A DNA stretch of 64,000 bases from positions 768,001 to 832,000 of the forward strand of contig CAWJEN010000005.1 of NCBI GenBank assembly GCA_963841915.1, read 5' to 3'. This DNA is from an uncultured Planctomycetota bacterium. GTDB lineage: Bacteria > Planctomycetota > Phycisphaerae > Tepidisphaerales > Tepidisphaeraceae. Below, in pieces: positions 58,026 through 64,000 of this stretch. The position numbers were made by a program, and so were the translations under genes. The notes under the pieces are model-generated. The model did not search any database. It was not told the origin of the DNA and saw nothing but the letters and a program-made list of their open reading frames with translations. Position 1 is the stretch's first letter, and every line of letters starts with the position of its first letter.

Positions 58026-60218
58026 GTGTTGAGTCGGGCAACGATCTTCGTAGCGGCCCTGGCCGTTCCGACAACGGTCGCGGCCACGCTTGCACGCGCG
58101 CAAACGGCCCCAGCGACACCTGAAGCCGTTCCGTCGGTCACGGGGGCCGAAATTGTTGCGTCGGATGTTGATGTGCTCGCCGGTCGGCTCGCCGAAAGTG
58201 TTTCACCCAGCGATCTCACACTCATCGTCCGACAGTTCGCTTCCCTACGAGGTGGCCAAGCGACGCGGGCGGCGGAGCTTGTCGCCAATTTACCTGAGGC
58301 CAGACGTCGGGTGGTGCTCAATCAGCTTGCCGACGCGCTCAGCCGCGTCGATGCACCGGCCGCGGCATGGGTGCCGTTGCTGGGTCAGCAATTACGTGCG
58401 GCAAATGCCGATCAGATCCGCCAGCACGCTGCTTCGGCGTTGGCGTCGATCGGCACGCCGCAGGCGATCGCGGTGCTCGTCGATGCCTCTGCGGCTGGAA
58501 ACGCTGTCCCGATCCAGCGGACCGCCGCCGAGGCGCTGGGCCGCATTCCGGACGTCGCAGCCGTGCAGGCGTTGGCGACGATGCTGGGCGACGCTCATCT
58601 GCTCGAGGCCCGACTTGCAGCCGGTGCATCGCTGGCGGAACTTACCGGCGCGCCCGTTGCCGCGGTCGACGTTGAAGGCTGGCGGCGTTGGACGGCCGAC
58701 GCGTTGGCCGGTGATCTGGTCGTGCTGCAGGCGTTGCTGAGCGAGCAGGCGGTCGATCGTTCGGCAATCCTGCAGAATCGACTGATCGCCGCCGAAGCGG
58801 CCGTCGAGCGGCTCGTGCGTACTCGATACGGCGACGCCGCCCAAGACAAGCGGCGGCAGATGCTCACGGTCTACCTTGGTGATCGTGACGTGGCCGTCCG
58901 CCTCGCCGCCGCCCGGCTGGTGCTGGAGAACGTCGGTTTGGGCGAGCTGCCCGGTGATCGTTCGGTCGCCTTGGTCCGTGCCGCTGTAGCTGACGCCGAT
59001 CCGCGGGTTCGGCAGCTTGCTGCCCGCATCATTCGTGATGTCGGTGATCGTGATGGCGCTCGACTGGCACTTGAACGGTTGCCCCGCGAGTCAGATCCGC
59101 AAACGCGTCTGGTCGTGCTGGAGGCAGTAGCGCGGCTGGTCGATGCGTCGGCCGTCGGGCTGTTCCTCGACGTCGCGCGGGACGATGCCGTGCCGCAGAT
59201 TCGTCAGGCGGCGGCGGAAGAGGCGGCGCGGGTCGCCGTTGCCGCCAATTCCCCGGCCACGGTCACCGCCGTGTCCAACACGCTTCGCAACCTTGCCGCC
59301 GACGCTCCAAGCGACGGCGACCGCATCGCCCTGCTGGCCGCCCTGTCGCAGTTGCCCGATCCGACACTCGGCCGCTTCTGGACCACGCGTCTCGCCGAAC
59401 TGGGTACCCAAGGGCCTTCTGTTCCCGTCGGTACCGCTTTAGACGGCTTGGCCTCTGTGGCCGACGCGCAGACAGCCGATGTGGCATCGTCGTTCCTGGA
59501 GCACCCGGATGCGACGGTGCGTGCAGCGGCAGTCCGTGCGGTCGCGGCGACGGCCGGGTTGCCACGGTTCCCGTCGCTTCAGGCGTTGTTCGACCCGCGA
59601 CCTGGTGCAGAGCCGCCCGCCCCGCCGGTGCTTGAAGCGGCCAGAGAGGCGTTCGTTGAGTTGCTACCGACGGCCGACGATGTCGAGTTGGCGAAGTGGC
59701 CGGACCGGTTGCGGGACCCGCAGTTGAAGCTCGTGGTGCTCGAAGAGCTTATCAGTCGTGCCCGGAAGGCAGACGCGCCCAAGCTGCTGGGCTATCGGCT
59801 TCATGAGGCGGCTGACCTGCTGAGTGGCCCGCTTGATGAACCCGCCCGTGCCGCGTCGCTCTTCGGGGAGGCATTGTCGCTCGAGCTGCAGATTCAGGAA
59901 CGGTCAGTTGCACCCGCTGCGGTGAGGGATCTGCCACCGACGCCGCTGACGGTTGCCCGACTTGAAGGAACGATTGTCAACTTTCTACTCGCGGGCAACT
60001 TGGCGTCGACGTCGGAGGTGGCTGTCGAATTGCTGGGCAGGCGTCCGAAGCTGTCGAGCGACATCGGGGCATCGGTTCGTCGTGCTGCCGACAAGCTGTC
60101 GACGTTGAAGCGGCTGCCGGAGGCCCGCGCCGCAGCTGAGGCTGCGTTGGCGTGGCAGCCACCGTTGGATGATGTCAGCCGCCGAAACCTGACGGACCTG
60201 CTCAGGCGTCTGCAGTAG
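58026..60218 (+). CDS. Secreted HEAT-repeat protein
   Basis: Signal-like N-terminus; ADADPRVRQLAA, ESDPQTRLVVLEA and LEHPDATVRAAAVRA repeats. Start approximate. Confidence 0.8.
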   Translation: MLSRATIFVAALAVPTTVAATLARAQTAPATPEAVPSVTGAEIVASDVDVLAGRLAESVSPSDLTLIVRQFASLRGGQATRAAELVANLPEARRRVVLNQLADALSRVDAPAAAWVPLLGQQLRAANADQIRQHAASALASIGTPQAIAVLVDASAAGNAVPIQRTAAEALGRIPDVAAVQALATMLGDAHLLEARLAAGASLAELTGAPVAAVDVEGWRRWTADALAGDLVVLQALLSEQAVDRSAILQNRLIAAEAAVERLVRTRYGDAAQDKRRQMLTVYLGDRDVAVRLAAARLVLENVGLGELPGDRSVALVRAAVADADPRVRQLAARIIRDVGDRDGARLALERLPRESDPQTRLVVLEAVARLVDASAVGLFLDVARDDAVPQIRQAAAEEAARVAVAANSPATVTAVSNTLRNLAADAPSDGDRIALLAALSQLPDPTLGRFWTTRLAELGTQGPSVPVGTALDGLASVADAQTADVASSFLEHPDATVRAAAVRAVAATAGLPRFPSLQALFDPRPGAEPPAPPVLEAAREAFVELLPTADDVELAKWPDRLRDPQLKLVVLEELISRARKADAPKLLGYRLHEAADLLSGPLDEPARAASLFGEALSLELQIQERSVAPAAVRDLPPTPLTVARLEGTIVNFLLAGNLASTSEVAVELLGRRPKLSSDIGASVRRAADKLSTLKRLPEARAAAEAALAWQPPLDDVSRRNLTDLLRRLQ

Positions 60219-60291
60219 GATCATCAGCGGCCGTAGCGTCGGCAGGCCTGCTTTTGCCGCCTGAGCTTGTTGCCGGTACACCACCTCGTCT

Positions 60292-61839
60292 GTGTTCTCG
60301 TTCCCAGCCTTGATCGACACTCTGCTGCACGCCCCGCTTGCGGTCGGCGGGCATGTGGACGACGTCACCGGTTGGGGCATGACGTGGCGGGCGCTGCTGG
60401 CGGTGTTTCTGCTCGCGTTGAACGGCTTCTTCGTTGCGGCAGAGTTCGCGGCTGTCGGTGCCCGCGCGAGTCGACTCGAACAACAGGCGGCCGACTCGAT
60501 TCCGTCGCGGATCGCGCTCATGGTCAAGCACAAGCTCGACCTGTATCTGTCGACGTGCCAGCTCGGCATCACGATCGCGTCGCTGGGCCTGGGTTACGTC
60601 GTCGAGCCTGCTGTCGCCCCGCTGCTCGAGCCGGTCTTGAACTTTCTGAGGCTTGACGGCTTCATCGATACGGTGCTGGCGTCGCAGGTCATGGCGCTGA
60701 TCATCATGACCGCCATGCACGTGGTCGTGGGTGAGGTTGCCCCGAAGAACCTGGCGATCTTTTACCCGGATCGGATGCTGCCGATCCTTGCCCCGCCGCT
60801 GGCGGCGTTCACGGCTGTCTTTTATCCGGCGATCTGGTCGCTCAATTCCGCGAGCAACCTGTTGCTCAAGTGGGTTGGTGTGCCGCTCGACGAAGCCAGT
60901 CACGGGATGGTGCCGCACACGGGCGAAGAGCTGCGGACGCTCTTCCGCCAAGCCGCCGACGCAGGCACGATCGAGGCCGGTGACGCGGCGCTGCTGCGAG
61001 GCGCTTTCGACTTCGGCGACCTGAAGGTGCGGCAGATCATGACGCCGCGCGTCGAGGTCGACTTCCTGGAGGCCGACGCTCCGATGAGTGAGGTGCTACG
61101 GAAGGTGCAGACGAGCGAGTACACGCGGCTGCCCCTGTGTCGCGGCGATCTGGATCACGTCATCGGCCTCGTCCACATGAAGGACCTGTTTGCCAAGCTG
61201 CACCTGGAAACGGGTCGATTGGCCTTTGCCGACGCCAAGACGACAGCTTCCGAAGCCATTGTCATTGCAGGGGGACCTGACTTTCCGGGCAGTCGGCCGC
61301 ACGTCATCGGGCCCGGTGAGATCAATCTGAGCGAGGTGCGGCGCGACGTCTTGTTCGTGCCCGAACTCCTCGGCGTCTCGCCGACGCTTCGGCAGATGCA
61401 GCAGGCGCGGACGCACCTGGCCGTCGTCGTCGACGAGTACGGCGGCACGGTGGGCATCGTCACGCTCGAAGACGTCGTCGAACAGATTGTCGGCGACATC
61501 GAGGACGAGTTCGATGTCGAAGAAGAGCGAACCGGCGGCCGACACGGCTTCATCGCCGAGGGCGAGATGTTCCGGGTCGGTGGCCAGTTCCCGCTGCACG
61601 AGTTGCGAGATCACCTGCCGGTCGGTGACTGGGAACCGCCTGAAGACGTCGACACGCTCGGCGGGTTCGTGACGGCGAAGCTCGGTCGCTGGCCACGTGC
61701 CGGTGATGCAACGACCATGGGGCTACGCGACGAATACACCGTCCGCGTGGTCGGCATGTCGCCCAGCCGACAGATCACGCTGCTCATCGGTCCGAGCACA
61801 CAGGATCAGGCCCGCGAAGATGGCCCTGGCGTCGTCTAA
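60292..61839 (+). CDS. HlyC/CorC-family (CNNM plus CBS pair) membrane protein
   Basis: NGFFVAAEFA, QLGITIASL, GEVAPK, IMTPR, VVDEYGGTVGIVTLEDVVEQIVGDIEDE. Confidence 0.93.
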   Translation: MFSFPALIDTLLHAPLAVGGHVDDVTGWGMTWRALLAVFLLALNGFFVAAEFAAVGARASRLEQQAADSIPSRIALMVKHKLDLYLSTCQLGITIASLGLGYVVEPAVAPLLEPVLNFLRLDGFIDTVLASQVMALIIMTAMHVVVGEVAPKNLAIFYPDRMLPILAPPLAAFTAVFYPAIWSLNSASNLLLKWVGVPLDEASHGMVPHTGEELRTLFRQAADAGTIEAGDAALLRGAFDFGDLKVRQIMTPRVEVDFLEADAPMSEVLRKVQTSEYTRLPLCRGDLDHVIGLVHMKDLFAKLHLETGRLAFADAKTTASEAIVIAGGPDFPGSRPHVIGPGEINLSEVRRDVLFVPELLGVSPTLRQMQQARTHLAVVVDEYGGTVGIVTLEDVVEQIVGDIEDEFDVEEERTGGRHGFIAEGEMFRVGGQFPLHELRDHLPVGDWEPPEDVDTLGGFVTAKLGRWPRAGDATTMGLRDEYTVRVVGMSPSRQITLLIGPSTQDQAREDGPGVV

Positions 61840-61984
61840 TTTGGCAATCAATATCTCGTGATCGCGGTGGACACACTGAATGCAGCCATGGTGTCTGCGT
61901 CGTCCCACGGTGTTCCCGCACCGCCTCGCTTGACGGTGGCAGGCCTCTGTTCCTAGCATCCCCCGTTCGCCGCTAGGAATATCC

Positions 61985-62974
61985 ATGAATCTGCTTCGGC
62001 CTCTCGTTGTCATCGGTCTGCTGACGCTCCCGCTTGCACTTGTGGGCTGTGGTGAGGCGTCGGCGGAGGATCGTTCTAACGCCGCTGCATTTGTTTCGGC
62101 TGTCGACCGAGACGGCTTCGAGACGTTCATCTCGGCTGACGAGTTGACAATCCTTCGGGCGGCGACGGAGGCTGTTCTGATTGATGTTCGGTCGGCCGAC
62201 GCCTACGCGGCCGGGCACCTGCCCGGTGCAGTGAGTCTGCCAGCGTCGACGTTGCGAACCGGTAAGGCAAAGCCTGGCTCGGGGGACAGCCAGTACATCT
62301 TCCGCGACGGTGACAACCAGGGTGACATCGCCCGATACGAGCAGCTCTTCGGCGAGGCCGGGATCAGCCGGGAGCACACGGTTATCCTCTACGGCAACCA
62401 CGCCGGCAAGGGTGACGGCACCGTCGCGGCGATGCTGCTCGACTGGCTTGGGCAGGAGCGGATTTACTTCCTCGACGGCGTCGGTGTCGATCAGTGGCAG
62501 CAGGCTGGTTTCGAACTCGATACAAAGCCGGTGGTGCTGGAGCCCACTACCTACATCGCGATGCCGCGAGCTGACTTTCTGTGGAACCTGGACGATGTCG
62601 TCGCCCACGCTGGCAAGGGAACGGCCGTCTTCTACGACACCCGTTCGCTGAACGAGTATGCGGGTATCGACAAGCGTGACAACGTCCGCGGCGGCCACAT
62701 CCCGCAGGCGATCCACGCTGACTATGCCGAGCTGCTGGACGAGAACAAGCAGATCAAGCCGCGAGCGGAGCTGGAGGCGATCTTCGCCCGGCACGGTCTG
62801 CCGGAGGCCAAAGCCGCCAATCGGCCGATCGTGCTGTACTGCCAGACGAGCACCCGCGTGTCGTTGCCCTACCTGGCCCTCCGCGAGCTCGGCTACGAGA
62901 ACGTGGCCGTCTACGACGCCAGCTGGCACGAGTATGGCAACCGCGATGACACAGCCATCGCGACGGTGGAGTAG
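61985..62974 (+). CDS. Double-rhodanese sulfurtransferase lipoprotein
   Basis: Lipobox LALVGC; IDVRSADAYAAGHLPGA; GGHIPQA; YCQTSTR; YDASWHEY. Confidence 0.9.
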   Translation: MNLLRPLVVIGLLTLPLALVGCGEASAEDRSNAAAFVSAVDRDGFETFISADELTILRAATEAVLIDVRSADAYAAGHLPGAVSLPASTLRTGKAKPGSGDSQYIFRDGDNQGDIARYEQLFGEAGISREHTVILYGNHAGKGDGTVAAMLLDWLGQERIYFLDGVGVDQWQQAGFELDTKPVVLEPTTYIAMPRADFLWNLDDVVAHAGKGTAVFYDTRSLNEYAGIDKRDNVRGGHIPQAIHADYAELLDENKQIKPRAELEAIFARHGLPEAKAANRPIVLYCQTSTRVSLPYLALRELGYENVAVYDASWHEYGNRDDTAIATVE

Positions 62975-62985
62975 TTCTCGGACGT

Positions 62986-63001
62986 TGTTCCACGTGGAAC
63001 A
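62986..63001. other. parS site
   Basis: Perfect TGTTCCACGTGGAACA between convergent genes. Confidence 0.9.
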
Positions 63002-63005
63002 TCGC

Positions 63006-63040
63006 GAAGCGGCGGGCACCGGAGGGGTGCCCGCCGCTTC
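63006..63040. terminator. Terminator-like hairpin between convergent genes
   Basis: Perfect 15-bp stem GAAGCGGCGGGCACC-ggagg-GGTGCCCGCCGCTTC; weak T-tail. Confidence 0.65.
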
Positions 63041-63058
63041 TGTGTTGCTGGAGCTCGC

Positions 63059-64000
63059 TTAGTGCCTGAAGTGCCGTCGGCCGGTGAAGATCATGGCCGC
63101 CCCGCGTTGATTGACAAGGTCGATCGTCAGCTGGTCGTTTCGGCTGCCGCCCGGTTGGACGATGGCCGTCACGCCCGCGTCGAGCAACGCCTCAGGCCCA
63201 TCAGGGAACGGGAAGAACGCATCGCTCGCCGCGACGGCACCCTTGGCCCTCTCACTGGCCTTCTTCACCGCCTGCTCCGCCGCCGCGACGCGATCGACCT
63301 GCCCGCCGCCGATGCCATAGGTGCCACGCGATCCGCCGATGACGACTGCGTTGCTCTTGACGTGCTTGCAGGCCAGCCAATTGAACTTCATCGCCTCCCG
63401 CTCGGCGTCGGTCGGTTGGCGGTCGCTGACGACCTTCCACTCGTCCTCGACGACGCCGACGAGGTCGCGTTCCTGGACGAGAGATCCACCGACGACGTGA
63501 TGCTCCGATCTCGAGACTCGGTGCCCACCATGAGCGAGCATCGGGCCGACCTCGAGCAAACGCACGTTCTTCCACCGCTCCTTAAGGATGGCTAGTGCTG
63601 CTTCATCAAATCGTGGTGCGACGACGACTTCGAGAAACTTCTGCCCGTCGGCCATCGATTCCGCGGCTGGCGCATCGACTGGATGATTCACCGCCAAGAC
63701 CCCGCCAAAGGCGGCCAAGGGGTCGGACGCGTAAGCCGAGTTGAAGGCTTCCTGCGTCGACATGCCGATGCCAACACCGCACGGGGAGGCATGCTTGACG
63801 ATGCAGCAGGCACTTCGACTTCCATGCCCTGCCCACTCCTTCACGACGCTTAGAGCCGCGTCTGCATCGAGCAGGTTGATGTACCCGAGGTCCTTGCCGT
63901 GGTGCTGTGACGCGTGTGCCACACTCGCTTCGCCCTCACGACTTCTTTGGAACATCGCCGCCCTTTGATGTGGATTCTCTCCGTAGCGAAGCGGATGGAC
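63059..64000 (-). CDS. purH: Bifunctional AICAR transformylase/IMP cyclohydrolase PurH, 5' part outside the window
   Basis: LRYGENPHQ, KHASPCG, KHVKSNA, ASDAFFPFPD, QPGGS, FTGRRHFRH. Confidence 0.96.
   Translation of the reverse strand, partial: VHPLRYGENPHQRAAMFQRSREGEASVAHASQHHGKDLGYINLLDADAALSVVKEWAGHGSRSACCIVKHASPCGVGIGMSTQEAFNSAYASDPLAAFGGVLAVNHPVDAPAAESMADGQKFLEVVVAPRFDEAALAILKERWKNVRLLEVGPMLAHGGHRVSRSEHHVVGGSLVQERDLVGVVEDEWKVVSDRQPTDAEREAMKFNWLACKHVKSNAVVIGGSRGTYGIGGGQVDRVAAAEQAVKKASERAKGAVAASDAFFPFPDGPEALLDAGVTAIVQPGGSRNDQLTIDLVNQRGAAMIFTGRRHFRH

Noticed and set aside
61840..61984. Riboswitch or sigma-54 promoter before the sulfurtransferase
   Set aside because: TTGGCA lacks a correctly spaced TTGC; only short stems and no recognisable aptamer.

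Overview
GC-rich bacterial chromosome segment, most likely Planctomycetota and possibly Phycisphaerae. This taxonomy is inferred from gene content (HEAT/TPR proteins, a PEP-CTERM protein, short UvrC), not from a search. It holds a minus-strand flagellar cluster (flgF-G-A-H-I-J-N-K-L, with flgL cut by the left edge). Housekeeping and repair genes include pgsA, glcE/glcF-like, galU, polX, dnaE, uvrC, hisA, rsfS, gpsA, prfA, leuA, uvsE, alkA-like, a frameshifted yggS and purH (cut by the right edge). Small accessory inserts are a Fic-HTH gene, a PIN-toxin remnant and a VapBC45-like module. I found no rRNA, tRNA, CRISPR array, transposase or prophage. The strongest unannotated signals are: (1) a Leu-rich leader peptide with alternative hairpins upstream of leuA; (2) four parS palindromes; (3) a TANNNT hexamer 5-9 nt before about 17 start codons, suggesting pervasive leaderless mRNAs and including an overlapping bidirectional promoter at gpsA/prfA; (4) a plant-type glucuronokinase-like gene next to galU; (5) a toxin ORF with no stop codon that runs antisense through leuA; (6) paired palindromes upstream of the Fic gene. 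I cannot establish a wholly new multi-gene system from the sequence alone. All product calls are by motif recognition, not database search.
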